A stretch of 63,951 nucleotides of DNA, counting the filler, from Choristocarpus tenellus KU-1152 (Eukaryota; Protista; Phaeophyceae): NCBI GenBank assembly GCA_964200185.2. It is 11 parts of 11 records of this genome, joined end to end, with 100 filler letters (N's around TTAATTAATTAA, not from the genome) between each part and the next. Parts side by side here need not be neighbours in the genome. Positions count along the whole stretch, not along the records: positions 1 to 6,200 come from CAXNAD020008699.1; positions 6,301 to 9,642 come from CAXNAD020020680.1; positions 9,743 to 18,200 come from CAXNAD020004685.1; 8 more parts are not named here. The stretch is one strand, 5' to 3'. Below the pieces are notes generated by a model that was not told the origin of the DNA, made no database searches, and saw nothing but the letters and a program-made list of their open reading frames with translations. A program made the position numbers and the translations under genes. This document shows positions 1-12,600 of this stretch, piece by piece (positions within the stretch are counted from its first letter, which is position 1; the number at the start of each line of letters is the position of its first letter).

Positions 1-16
1 CATGTCTCTACTAGCA

Positions 17-17
17 C

Positions 18-54
<37 letters not shown>

Positions 55-68
55 AGATACTTTGAGCC
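17..68 (+). mobile_element. MITE family B, 3' terminus only
   Basis: Poly-C followed by cagatactttgagcc, the right end of full copies such as 20394-20579. Confidence 0.7.
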
Positions 69-669
69 CCCCCCCGGTACCTACAAAATTTCTTCACAAG
101 TAATGCCATTTGTTACTGGTAGACATTGCAGGTTGACCCTTCGAAGCGTGAGAATTATTCTAACGCGTTGAAGAAGAAGCCATTCAAATGATTGAAGCGG
201 ACCATTTGAGCTAATGATTCCTAATCGCCATTGCAAAGGCGTTTTGAGCTAATAAACAGCAGCGAGATTGTGTCTCCACCCCTGTCACAACGCCGCTGAG
301 GTAAAAAAAAAGAAAAAAAGCGAGCACTTCGAAGAGAGCCATCGAGCTCATGCACTCATGCCTGGACGGTTGGTATTATCCTTTGATCAAAGTAGCATCA
401 AGGAGGAATCTGTGAATTATTTCCGAAACGTGCCTAGGATGGTCTTCCCCACGACACGCAGAATTCACGCCTTCTACGGGGTTGAAAATTTCTACGGCAA
501 ATGATGTCGCATACGTTAACTTCCCACAGTGTAGTGCAATTGTGCTCTAAGGATGAAGGTTGTCTTAGACTATGAAGATTGTACATGTGGCTCATCGATT
601 GGTGCGATAAATGGCAAGCGGAAAAATCGCGTACTCCTTGCCAGTGAGGAGCAATAGGAAGGACCAATT

Positions 670-674
<5 letters not shown>

Positions 675-711
<37 letters not shown>
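675..711. repeat. (GT)n microsatellite
   Basis: Read directly. Confidence 0.95.
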
Positions 712-713
<2 letters not shown>

Positions 714-770
714 TTGTGCTTACACTGACTGCTCTTCTGGCTCTAACCCTAACCACCAAGATATAGTATG

Positions 771-1018
771 GGCTCGAAGTATCTTAGAGGGTAGAGCTGC
801 GTCCATTTTGGGGGCCAATATCCAATGTTGAGATTTTGATGTAATTTTTGCTAGGAAATGTCAATATCCTTGTTCCGAACACACCTTTTCGTGATGTATA
901 CATTTTTCATACTCAGAAACATTTCGGAGTTGGTAAACGGTCATACATAACCCGTGGGAAGTCAAGCCCCAAATGGACAAACAGGGGAAAGATCTTACCC
1001 TCTAAGATACTTTCACTC
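771..1018 (+). mobile_element. MITE family A (about 250 bp, TIR about 23 bp)
   Basis: Ends ggctcgaagtatcttagagggta ... taccctctaagatactttcactc; body matches the other A copies. Confidence 0.9.
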
Positions 1019-1021
1019 ATC

Positions 1022-1049
1022 TGTGAGTGTGAGTGTGAGTGTGAGTGTG

Positions 1050-1094
<45 letters not shown>
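1022..1094. repeat. (GTGAGT)n/(GT)n compound microsatellite
   Basis: Read directly; abuts the MITE A end. Confidence 0.95.
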
Positions 1095-1096
<2 letters not shown>

Positions 1097-1425
1097 TTGT
1101 GTGTATGTGACCTTGTTGAGGAAAACAGCATCAACACAAAAAAGCACACTCATGCTGCATGATGGCTGGGTGGATATTCTCTTTGGCGCTGTGGTACAAG
1201 CTGAATGGGGGACAAGAATGAATCTGAAGGGTTAGGGTCTCCCTGAACTCTTCCTTATTAGGACCGTAGCACTACTGCACTGTGGTGTTCGACCAGTACA
1301 TGGGTCTATATAAATCAAGTGGGAACAAAGAAAACATGTTGATATTGTGACTGGAGGATACGCAGAGTGTCACCATATATTCAAATTTGTACTTCTTTCT
1401 CATCTGAAAGCGCTAGAAAAATCGT

Positions 1426-1684
1426 GAGCCAAAGTATCTTAGAGGGTAGAGCCGCGTCCATTTGGGAGCCACAATCCATGTTACGATTTTGATGTCATTC
1501 TTGCTATCTTGTTTGTTAGGAAGTGTCAATATCTGTGTTCCGCACACACCTTTTTCACATCATATACACCATACCTATTCCTAAACATTTTAGAGTAGGA
1601 AAATGTCTTAAAAGAACCCATGGGAAGTCAATCCCCAAATGGACAAAAAGGGCAAAACTCGTACCCTCTAAGATACTTTCACTC
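1426..1684 (+). mobile_element. MITE family A
   Basis: gagccaaagtatcttagagggta ... taccctctaagatactttcactc; flanks tcgt / tcga. Confidence 0.92.
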
Positions 1685-1810
1685 TCGAGAGGAGCCCCCA
1701 AAAACATGCATTGTTCATCAAGGGCCTAGTCTGAAGAACCTTCTATGGCCAAAAAGAAGCCAAAGCATGTGCGATCTTTGGACAGTTGTGGGACGTATCA
1801 TGTCTCTCAC

Positions 1811-2950
1811 CTCGGTCCTTCATTGTCACCATTGCCACAAACTCGGTGAGAGATTCTCCTAGCAGGCAACCTGTCGCAGGCCATGCATTCCTCTCCAACT
1901 CCCGATCCATCTCCCCTCCCAGATCCCACAATTGCGCGACCCTGGGTCCCCAACTTTGCTTCATCGGTATATTTTGCATAAAATCCTCCACCACCCTCTG
2001 TATCCACACCTGCCTGTGCTCCCATCTCCTCGTTCTCACTTGATTTAAGATTGTGGCTCCCCTTGTTGGATATTGGACGATCCCTACCTCTTAATCGTGA
2101 TGACACGGAATCCCTATCGCTCCTAATCATCGACGGACTTTCCACCTCCCAACCTTTGCCTTCTCCTTTCCCTCCGCTCTCAACAGTGAGGTCCCTCGTC
2201 ATAGCATCAGGGGTGGGTGCATCCCCTCTCAACCTCGCTCCAAGATCCCTCGGTATTGCGACTGGGCCTGATACGGTCAATGGGGCTATATCTACCGCAA
2301 CACTGCTAGAACTCTGAAGAACAGGGATGTTCGCTTTATCATTTTCCACCTGGTTTCCCGTTAACGAACCTCTTGGGCTGGTTTGGGTGTCTTCTAGGTG
2401 CTTTGTGTGATTGATTGGTAAGGTTGATGATTGCACGTATCCTGGCACAAGGCTGTCCCTAGAACGTGGATGGGCAACACTTCGGGAACCACGATGGCCA
2501 TCAGCGGACTTAAGATCAATAGAGAGTCTGGAATTGACCTTGCGCAGGTGTTGGTTGTCGTCCTCCAGCTCAGCTATTCGTCGTCGCAGTGCCGCGCAGG
2601 TCTGTGTTAAGCCATCCATGAAGAGGTTGGCTGCAGGGACAGGGGTTGACCATGAGTTCGATTCTTTGTTAGCTGGAGTGAGGGAAGCTGGGGCAATGGA
2701 TTGGAGTGTAAGCACCTTCTGGAGTGGGAAGGTTGCACCCTCGCGTCAATATCTCATTCTCAGCGGAGCTTACTGTTCTTGGGGAATCTTATTCTTTCTG
2801 CTACAAGCTTTACCACCTCAGATACCGCTACAAATTATTTCGATTCTAGCTGGTCCGAATCAATAGTACCTGGAACTCACCTTCAACCTCTGATAGACCA
2901 ACTAGACCACCTTGGGAAATATCTTCCACAGGTTCCCTTGCCCCTTCCAT
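1811..2950 (-). CDS. Hypothetical coiled-coil / low-complexity protein, 5' part (exons 2950-2881 and 2672-1811)
   Basis: ATG at 2950 gives MEGAREPVEDISQGGLVGLSEVE, then a GTGAGT donor. A phase-1 acceptor (cttccctcactccAG) joins the 302-aa ORF frame containing the coiled coil LRRRIAELEDDNQHLRKVNSRL. Donor GTGAGA at 1810; later exons not found. Confidence 0.55.
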
Positions 2951-3416
2951 AGTGTTGCCTTGGTCTGCTGCAACGTAGTGTCAGTATAGGGACTAGGTAG
3001 TCAACAAGCAAATCGCGTGTTGGCGTCCATTATCAAGAACTATTCATGTGGCGTCGCATTGAGGTTGGGCTACTCTTCCTCCAACATCCCCATTGTACAA
3101 TTGTCTACTTGAAGCCCTAGAGTTGTATAGGACTGCAAGGGAGTGAGTGAAGGGGAGGATTGTCACAAGAAGATATCAATCATGTGAGGGAATCCTTATA
3201 TCTTGTTTATTTGTTGGGAAAGGTCAACTTCATACGTGTTGTATGTTGGATTTTGAAGCGTATATACGCTCGAAAATCTCACAAGTAATTCCCAATAATT
3301 TTTAATGTCATATACGCCTACTTGTTCTTGTGTAGTAACATACCATGCAAACTACCTGAACTTATCACCCTATAAAATCCCCAAAAGCACTCCCATCCTT
3401 TGGTCCTTGAAGGCAG

Positions 3417-4507
3417 AGAGTTTCTGTGCTGTAAACGTGGAAGGGTTGGGAGGCAAAGGGTGCATGGTCATAAGATAAACAAAGTCGACATCGTAGTGGA
3501 GATGGCTGAACTTTTGGTGGACACATTAGAAGGAAGTCTTAATCCTGTGAGGAGCAGGTTTGAGGCTGTGGAAGGTGGATTGTACGTGGAACTAACTCGT
3601 CATAGGAGATCTGATGGGGGTGGGTATGGCGTCGATATTGGAACAAGAGGGATCACCCGACGACGGCGGAGGAGGAGGTTGGAAGAAGGTGGGAGTATAG
3701 AAAATATAGCCAGCTAGAACAGATGAAAGTTGTGAAACATTGCAGAGTGAGGGAGAGAGAAAGGATGGTATTCAGTCTCTGTACTCTCAGTCGCATAGAA
3801 TCCTGAAGATGAATCGCAGAAGAATGCACGAAAATCATAGCGACGGCACCAGTCTGAGGGATTGTTGAAGAAGTAGAAATTGGTTTCAGTATTTGCGACT
3901 TGCAACTGTATTGTAACATCGACAACAAATATTACGCCTAGAACAGGGGTTCCTGAAATACTACATTGATAAGCCTCCAGGAGGTAATATTTCCTAATAT
4001 GCGGCCACAAATAGATGATGACGGGTTTTCCATATAGAGGTGGCCCCCCCTTCAAGTCCTTCTGGTACTTTTTAGTAGATGGGGTCTCCAGGATATTTTT
4101 TCTCGCGTGGTTTCCTCTTATCACGCTATAATGACCAATAAAGCAGTCAGGCAGAGTGGAATGGCATGATCAACTATTGAGAAAGGTCAAGGGCTAGAAT
4201 TCCTTCGACAACCTTGCCCCTACCCTCCCCAAACGAATACATGGTCTTCTGACTGTGCAACAAGGCATTCGCCGTCAACACAAGTTTCCCCTACCCCACA
4301 TTGATACTTCCATGACGAAGAGAACGAGATTGAGACAGGTGAAATGACGCTGGTAGATTACTATAACAATCAGTACGTGGGCATGTTGGGGATTGGAAGC
4401 CCTCCGCAATATCTCTCCGTTGTGCTGGACACCGGCTCCAGTGACCTGTGGGTTCCAGGGCAAGGATGCACTGCCTGTGGCAACCATGCGACCTTTGACG
4501 GTTCAAG
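3417..4507 (+). CDS. Pepsin-like (A1) aspartic protease, partial (exons about 3417-3688 and 4339-4507)
   Basis: A phase-1 GT-AG intron (3689-4338) joins a propeptide-like segment ending RRRRRRLEE to GEMTLVDYYNNQYVGMLGIGSPPQYLSVVLDTGSSDLWVPGQGCTACGNHATFDGS, containing the first catalytic DTGS motif. The catalytic exon is missing from the ORF track. Confidence 0.9.
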
Positions 4508-5344
4508 GTAAATATCAAGAAACGCCCCCTGATGGTGACTATTCTGTAATGTATTCTTGTATCCAGACACAGCGTTCGCAGAAGTACTCCTGAGAGGGTG
4601 GGGGACTAAGAGTTGATGTTGGGGCACAACGAGGTGTTTTACATCTTTTACCAGTGGGAAGATACTGCATTTGGTCTGTGTTGTGGGGTTTGTTTTATGG
4701 GAGGTGGCTTGGTGAGGATATTGGAAGGAAATGAACCAGAGATGTTAATTGTCTGATCAGGACATAGGTCATCTGGTGCCCCTGCCTGGAAGGCATACCC
4801 GAGTAACTGTGTGTTTGGGAACGGATGGGGTGCATGGACAGACCTGATGTCTGTGTACACCTGCTCTCTGGGGACTGGAAATTTAAGACAAAGTTACGTT
4901 GGACTGGACTTCCTGATATCGTACTACTTCTTTGCAATTCCGAACAGGACGGGGCTTGTAGGTCAGTAGGCAACCAAACTGCTTTTCATCCCCCTCCCGC
5001 CCCCAGAAACCCCATTAATGTTGAGATGTGCCGGTGATAATTCTCAGCCTTGACAGGGGATTTGCTGTTTCGAGGTAAACCCAGGTTGAAAGTCTTCATT
5101 CCTTCCTTCGGCATTATCGGTGTCTGTTCGGCCAGTCATGGATGAGAAATAGACAGTGCTTAAACACGCGCTGAAAGCATTTGGTTCGGAGATTGCTGTT
5201 TCCGAAATGGTACTTTTGTGTATGCAGTGCCACCACTGCGGTTCAGGGAAGTAAATGTGGTTGAAGATTCCAATAGTGCCGATATTGAGGACAACACAGA
5301 GATTCCCATGAACCGGATACAGGAGAATTGGCGGTGACGATATA

Positions 5345-5395
5345 TACTTGGTACTTGGTACTTGGTACTTGGTACTTGGTACTTGGTACTTGGTA
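5345..5395. repeat. 7-bp tandem repeat (TACTTGG) x7
   Basis: Read directly. Confidence 0.95.
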
Positions 5396-6200
5396 TTGTC
5401 ATCGGTTTCTTTGACCGTTACCTGTACTGTTCCACCGACTCCATCAATTCTACTCTTTACCTACTTTCCTGATGTGTGGTATGACATGTGGAGTTATTGC
5501 TCTGGGTTTGGGTAGGGCCGGGGGGAGAAGCGCACACGGTCCGGACTTTGTCGATGTGTCTTTTACGGGGACAAAGTGAGCAGACGTTGAAGGGACGGTG
5601 AAAGTGCGCCCGCTGCCTGTGTGAGTCGCGTTCGGAGTATTGAATATTAAAAAGGTGTACCTTTTTAGCTGTTGTTTAGTACCGTTGTCGGTATTTGGAT
5701 GATTTTGTATGCGTGTTTTGTGGACATGTCATTATCGCTCTTGTACAGTTACCTTCAGCGGGGGATCTATCGAGTCATTCCCATGCGCGGGGGTCATTGA
5801 TCTATACCCCAGTGGTGTTGACATTTTGTTGTGGGTGGGTACTCTGATGGTAATGCGGAAGAGTCTCTCTGCCAGAAAAGGAGGCGTCTAAGAGTGGGTG
5901 TATGTTTGGTGTATGTTTATTTCGAACGATCAGGCGGGGTGATAGAAGCATCACGAGCATTAGAAATGTTGCTCTGTATGTTTGTGTGCAGTTGGTGGTA
6001 GTGAATTAGTGCTTCTCACGCAAGAGCCTCCTACCATCTTCGGCAGTATCCTGATTTTTTTTGTTGTTGTAGTGAACTGCGTGGAAGAAGAAAAAAATGT
6101 ATCGTATTTGTTGTATTTTCTTCTTTGATCTCAACAGGCTACGGGATCCGAACCCCCCCCCCCCACCCCCCCCCCCCACCCCCCCCCCCCCCCCACACTC

Positions 6201-6300
6201 NNNNNNNNNNNNNNNNNNNNNNNNNNNNNNNNNNNNNNNNNNNNTTAATTAATTAANNNNNNNNNNNNNNNNNNNNNNNNNNNNNNNNNNNNNNNNNNNN
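6201..6300. other. Artificial contig linker N44-TTAATTAATTAA-N44 (first of 10)
   Basis: Identical 100-nt spacers with stops in all six frames at 6201-6300, 9643-9742, 18201-18300, 24508-24607, 28499-28598, 33224-33323, 36623-36722, 50274-50373, 58256-58355 and 61261-61360. Confidence 0.98.
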
Positions 6301-6632
6301 AATTGTATCTGACCGCGCGTCTTATACATACAGTGTGTGTCGGCGATCCCAAAAAGGAACCTGTCCCTGACATGACTATTAATCCAAGTGTGAGACCTGA
6401 TGTGATGTTTTGTACTTCTGGTGTTAAATCGTGATCGTCCCATTATAATTTCTTAATCTAATAACACTAATAATCAAATTTGACAACATTATATTATTGG
6501 TCCGATTCCTCAGACTCAGTTTTATTGGAGAGAAATTTGATGAATGATGGAAAAATCTAAATATATAATAGTAGGTAAGAGTGGTAAGTGGTAACTGGAG
6601 ATATACCACGTCCCTCTTCATGAGAGAGGGCG

Positions 6633-9614
6633 ATGGAAAGCGTCCCCTATGGAACATTCAAGAGAGGAGGGGATGTCAACCAGGGTGATGCGTGTCGAAG
6701 AATCGAGTCTTCAACTTTGCGTGAAGATGTCGTTGGAGAGTCACAGCATGTTGAGTCTGGAACACCCCTGTCAATGAAACGGGGTTCATGGTATCTGCAA
6801 AGGAAGGTTGTTGCAAAGGTGGTAGGGGTTTTCCTTGTCATGGGTCTGGGATTTGTTGTGGCAATGTACGGAATCAGTGTTGGCCAACGCTGGGTCCCAA
6901 CAACTCAGGGACAGTACATCACATCTGTCAAGGGTGTTGTGGAGAACAACGGGAACGACGCTCATCACAACTCCCAGGGTCAGAAGCGATCAGAGGATTC
7001 TCTCTTGAGGTCCCGACGTTCAGGGCCCCCTCCAACGGACCTTGAAAACCCTTTGCATGGCGATAAAAGTGACTCCGGGCAACCGCACGTGGTGGTGGTG
7101 CTGGTGGATGACATGGGATTCAATGATGTTGGCTGGAGTGGCGACGACTTTTCTGGGCTCACCCCTAACATTGAACGGCTAAAGAGTATGGGAGTAGAGC
7201 TGACATCATATTATACCCAGCAACTGTGCACCCCTGCCCGAGCAGCCATTCTTACGGGTAGATATCCTTTCAAGACTGGCACTCAATACGAGGTCATTCA
7301 GCCAACAGGTGGGTGCTCTTGTAAATCCCTCTGTACGCTGGGATCTGTGAAGGGTGTGTACTAGATAGGCCCTTTGCAGGCTTAGCATTATCATATGACC
7401 TTCCTGCGTAGATTCTTTGTTATTGGCTGTTTGCTTCATAGTAGACTTGTCCTTGGATCCCACAAAGTCATTTGTTTTTTTCAGTTTTCTCCCTCGCCAG
7501 CCTAACGCCATCAAATCGCTACTTCCATAAACTCCACCATTACTGGAATCCCTATTTTCCCTAACCTTGTGATCGCATTGGGCTTGATATTTTTGCCTTT
7601 CCCCTCACCAGAGCAGATTCATTCTATCAGTATAAAATACTCACATAGTGGTCGTATTTCCGAAAGGGTAATAGGCTTTGTGGCCAGGGGTATCTTCCAT
7701 CCAACGCCATCCTCGGTCGTCAGGACTTTCTAATCGTGGTTCATCCATTTTGGTAAACAATTGGATGGTTGGTCTCAAACATAATTCTTGGTTGTTGGCA
7801 TGACCCTGGCCCAGGATTCGTTTACACCACAGCGCTTATTTTTTCTTAGCTAGGCAAAGCTATCCTCTGTCCGCACACATGCTTCTGGGACACAGTGCAC
7901 CCTTAGCTGTCGAGGCCTTTCCTCTCCGATTCTATATTTGCCACGGACTTCTGGAAGTTCCCCCGGCCTGTCCAGTTGATCAAACGATGGGATGAATTGT
8001 CAAGTTTCTGATGTGGTTGACTTGACTAAGATACAAGAATTTCAATCCCACTGTCCTTTGTGGCGAGCCAAGTTTAATGATGGCATACTGAGGTGTAGAT
8101 TGTTCTTAGGATTTGTGCGCAATGTTCAACCAGCACAAGGCAAGGAGGACCTACTGTCGTAACTACCGTATCCCCTGCTCATCGTGTCCTGACCATCAAG
8201 CCTCAATGTGATTAGATGGGGACACATCTTGGATGTTGTGGGAAGAAGAGGTGCCACTCTCCTCTTAACTTCTGCTCAGGCAACACACCTTGTCGCTCCT
8301 TGTACATTGTAAGAGACCTACTACCTGCTCTCCATTGTGCGTGGGTGTGTTGATTATGAAGATGTCAATCAGGAGCAGCCCGAGATTGTTGGGAAATGTA
8401 AAATGCCTGAAGAAGCACTTGTTCATGCACTCATGATACTGGCACAAGCACGCCGACCCAGTTATCTTCAGTTCGCTCTCCGTTATGCTTAGGTGTACAC
8501 GCACATTCGCCAAGAAAAAAGTGCTCAAAATTTCTTTTTGATGGTGCTCCACTTTGCTTCTCCAAGAGATACGTACATGCTTTCAGCAATGGTGGATGTG
8601 ATATCTTCACTTGACTTGAGATTAATTTCCAGAGTCCCTCCCCTCCGCATAACCATCGCCGTTGCCAATTTATCCGTTCAGAACCATGGGGGCTCCCCCT
8701 CAAGTATAATATTATGCCTCGATACTTCAAGGACATGGGCTATGGCACCCATGCTATTGGGAAGTGGCACCTGGGCCATGGCTACCGAGACCTTTTGCCC
8801 CAGATGCGAGGATTTGACACATACTATGGCTTCCTAACGGATCAGGTATGTTAAGTCTCGTGGCGCCTGAGCCTAGCAATAAGTTTGGGCGTAAGGTTGG
8901 AAGGCGGTAAGGTGGGGGATGGGGGTGTTTTGCCGCACAGAAAGAACTCCCATAGCCCCGTACGAGCATCGTGTTCCTGTTGTGTGTATAGATGTGTTTC
9001 CTTAGAACAGGGGATCGAGGACCTCCTCGACGCAGAAGGGTTAGGGGTGGGTTGAGGGGTGAACATCGATTGTTGCTTACGACTTTTGTTGTGGTGGAGA
9101 TGGAACTGCTGCGCTGTGAAGTGCTGTGCCCCCGCCAATGATTTTTGATTCCCCTCTCCACGACTATAAAAAATTGTGGGCTCAACTGAAGGACGGGTGC
9201 ACAGTTATTTGGTTTGTGCTAGCCTGACAGATTCAGTAGTTTGGTATTTCACTTGATTCTTGGATGATCGGCTTCTGTTTTGAGGACATGTATAGGGAGG
9301 GATGAGCCCCACTGCACTGCGGGGGTTAAGGCTATGAGCTGCATGACTGTGAGAACCTTTCGGGTGGCGTCTTCCACCCTTTGGATCAAAAGGTGGTTTG
9401 CCTGTGCACCTCTCTCACTCTTGATTGTATTTTTCCTACAAAACTCTATTGCCTATTTATACTTCACACCTTTTTCTGACGTACCTTAGTGTGTCACTGC
9501 TGTGAATGACGTCTCTGGTTCCAGTCCCATTATGACAGTCACAAGAACCCTCAGTACGACATTCTTGACTTCATGGAGGCAGACAAAGGGGGCTATTCAT
9601 GCGTGATTGGAGAG
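6633..9614 (+). CDS. Formylglycine-dependent (S1) sulfatase, arylsulfatase B/I/J-like, with N-terminal TM anchor; 5' part (exons 6633-7308, 8682-8845, 9525-9614)
   Basis: Motifs PHVVVVLVDDMG, TPNI, the CTPARAAILTGRYP signature, and GYGTHAIGKWHLG...RGFDTYYG. Intron phases are consistent GT-AG. Truncated by the contig end. Confidence 0.95.
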
Positions 9615-12600
9615 GTGCGGCAGAAAGGGTACAGTGGGGGGTNNNNNNNNNNNNNNNNNNNNNNNNNNNNNNNNNNNNNNNNNNNNTTAATTAATTAANN
9701 NNNNNNNNNNNNNNNNNNNNNNNNNNNNNNNNNNNNNNNNNNCACAACCCCCTAACCCCCCCCCCTCAGATACTTTAGCCCTATATGCATATACCCCCAT
9801 CCTGAGCCTGCAACAGCCGCAATATTTACCGTCAAGTTCGTGCCTCGTGAGGAAGACACGTATGTCATACATGTGATTTACCATTCCACTATCCATGTGC
9901 TCCTCCATGACAGTTCTCGACCACTCTAAGGGGCGTCTGGAACAAACGACCCCCGGCCGACCCCGACCAAGGAAAGAAGAAGAGGACGTGAGGAAAGGGG
10001 AAGAAGAACAGATCAGGGAACGGTGATCCAGACCATGCATCTGCCGCCCAGGCCAAGGAAGAATGGGCATCACAACCATGGAAAGTCAAAAGGGCATTCT
10101 TGCTCCTGGAGTGCAAAATAAAAATGAGGGGACAGTGGCATGTTAAAAAAGCACCATTAAAACATTTATGGCACACTAATTTGCAATCTTTACAACGATT
10201 CAATGCTTAACACTCTCTTCCACAATGATAATACTATTGTCGATCTGAAGTGCGTTCATCCACTCTTTTGTGGGGGTTGCTTTTGTTCACCACTTGGTTA
10301 CAGCTGCCGGCCTCAAAAGAGTATCCTTATTCATGGACTGCAACCCTCTTAGAGTAATTTCTGAGAGGTTTATCTCATCACCCCTTCAGTCCACCGTGCA
10401 GTGGACTGAACCTGTACCATTGGTGCACAGAGGTTCTTGAGGCTGTGGCTGTGATGCGTATCTCTTTGTCTTTGCTGCCAGCGCTCAAGTCTCTTCAGCT
10501 GTTGGGGTGCACTTGAGGAAGGCATCATACTCTCTTGCTGCCGATTGTTTAAATCCACTTTGAGACTTACACTTCATACCCTGCAAAATTGCCACGAAGT
10601 CACACTGCATTCCACGCGAAAGTCTGAACATAGTGCTCCCCTCTATTGAACTCATAGATGGCTTACAGACAGTGGTCATCATGCTTATTGCTGTGCTGCT
10701 TCTCTTCCACCTATATACATAAAGGTTTAGCCTCTTACACAGTCAGTCCCGATCAATCTAGTAAGGGACCAGAATAAGTTGTGCACAAAATGCAGGTGCG
10801 GACGAGTAAACATACTACAGAGGGGTACTAAATCTAGAGCCGGTTCACCCCTCAAGGTTGCAAAAAGTCAAAACACACAAGGCCTATGTTACTCCTTAAA
10901 AGATTAAAAACCTCATCTGTAACAGAGGTCCCATCAAGGGACAAAGGACATAAAAACATGGGAAAAAAGCAGTCGAGAATTAAAGCAGAGCTCCGCCTGG
11001 GGCGCAATCAGGTATTGGCACTAAGAACCACAGTATCAGAAACTGCAAAATCTTCCATCTTCTTTTGAAAAAAACTGATTAACGCCAGGAATGCAATAAG
11101 AAAGAGATAAAAGGAGTCTGGAATCTCACAAGAGGACAAAACACTCCTCTTAGCTCAATAGTACACTTAGAAGCTGTCTCATCAGCATTACATGCAGAGG
11201 TTGTCCTGTACTGTCTCCACCTCCTCAATGTGGGCACAGCTCGTACCATTTTACTTTGTCAATTCCAAGGATACAGTGCCATGCACGGTATAATTTCCTC
11301 CACATATTTCTCTTTACCTTTCAACCATTGGTTTCTGGGCTCACCCCTCTTTAACAGTGCTTGCAAATACGAATATATTGCATCACAGCAAACACCCGTC
11401 ACCACACCACATGGGGTTGTAGGCCGGCGATCCTGCTTCCAAATGCTCATCACATAACCTGCAATCTCCACAAACTTGACAGTAACACAGCCACAACGAA
11501 AAAAGCTCAACCAATTCCACCCGTTTCTGCACGAAGGACACATGCTGGATACCACCCGACACAGGCAAGGGTTCCGGCAGCAAAGCATATAAACCCCCAC
11601 CCCAAACACAAGGGATTTTGTTTTTCAAGGCCAAATATCCTTTTTATTTTTAGCACCCTCTCAAGCATGTTTTCATTTGTATCACTATGCCGTTGCAGGG
11701 GTGTCAGATGCGCTGATCTCCTGCCTCGACTTCTCCATTTCTGTCCAGAAGATATAGGCGTCTATACTGTTGGCCTTGGATGCTACAGTGCCTACGTGCA
11801 AGCTGTCAGAGTTGTACTCCGGAACGAAGCTTTTGTTCTGCTTTCCCGAGATGTTCTCCCTCCGCATGCAACCCTTCACCCCCAGAGAGTAACCAAGCCC
11901 ACCCAACCGGGCCCCGAAAACATGCAAGCAAGCAAGCATTGCAAGCAAGACAAAAGAAATGAAGGGAGGGATCGGTGACATGAGGGGCGCAGGGGTAGGA
12001 GAAGGAGGTGAACAAAACAGGGGAAGCACGTAAAAGCAGTGGTGCAGGCAAGCAGGCAAAGGGATGGACGAACAAAGGTGGCAATACGGGAAAAGAGGAA
12101 ACGAAAAAAAGGTGGAGAGACTCAAAGCACCCTTTGGGAAACAAACCGTTGCAAGAATACTGTAGCAGCACAAAAACCTACTCTGGTTAAGTCACATTTT
12201 TAGCACGGAATGACACTGGTCCTTGCAAGCGGTCGAGGAAGCACTTTCTGTAGTTTGAAGGGGGTCGTATATGTGTATGGAAGAAAACAGTGTGCCAAGA
12301 TATGTCATCTCAACACAAATTGACTAACAACAAGGGGAGAGACACTTTGATTCCAACAGGTACACCTTCTTGTGACATGATTTAATCTTCAATGTCACAT
12401 TTTGACGGCGATGAGAGCTTCAACTATAAGCGGGACAGGTACCCTCAATACACAGATTGCAGATCAAGCTCATCCTCCCAGATATTTCATCATCATCCCA
12501 AGCGGAATTTTGAGGGCGGCACAAGATAAAAAGGCACCTAATATGCATACCAGGTTTTAAGCCCAGACCAAACATGACTTGTCAGAGGGTCACCTCACTG

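Noticed and set aside
742-756. Telomeric TTAGGG/CCCTAA repeats (also about 20018 and about 63720)
   Set aside because: Only about two units each; not arrays.
848-1862. ORFs with CECECE/CVCVCV or PKHFGVGK motifs recurring across the window
   Set aside because: Translations of MITE A and microsatellites; not coding.
2881-2970. TAG read-through or alternative genetic code (frame QTKATLW...PKVV*LVYQRLK)
   Set aside because: A different frame splices cleanly under the standard code, and other genes here end in normal TAG/TAA.
3714-4124. 136-aa minus-strand ORF inside the protease intron
   Set aside because: No motif, non-ATG start, and no supporting splice structure.
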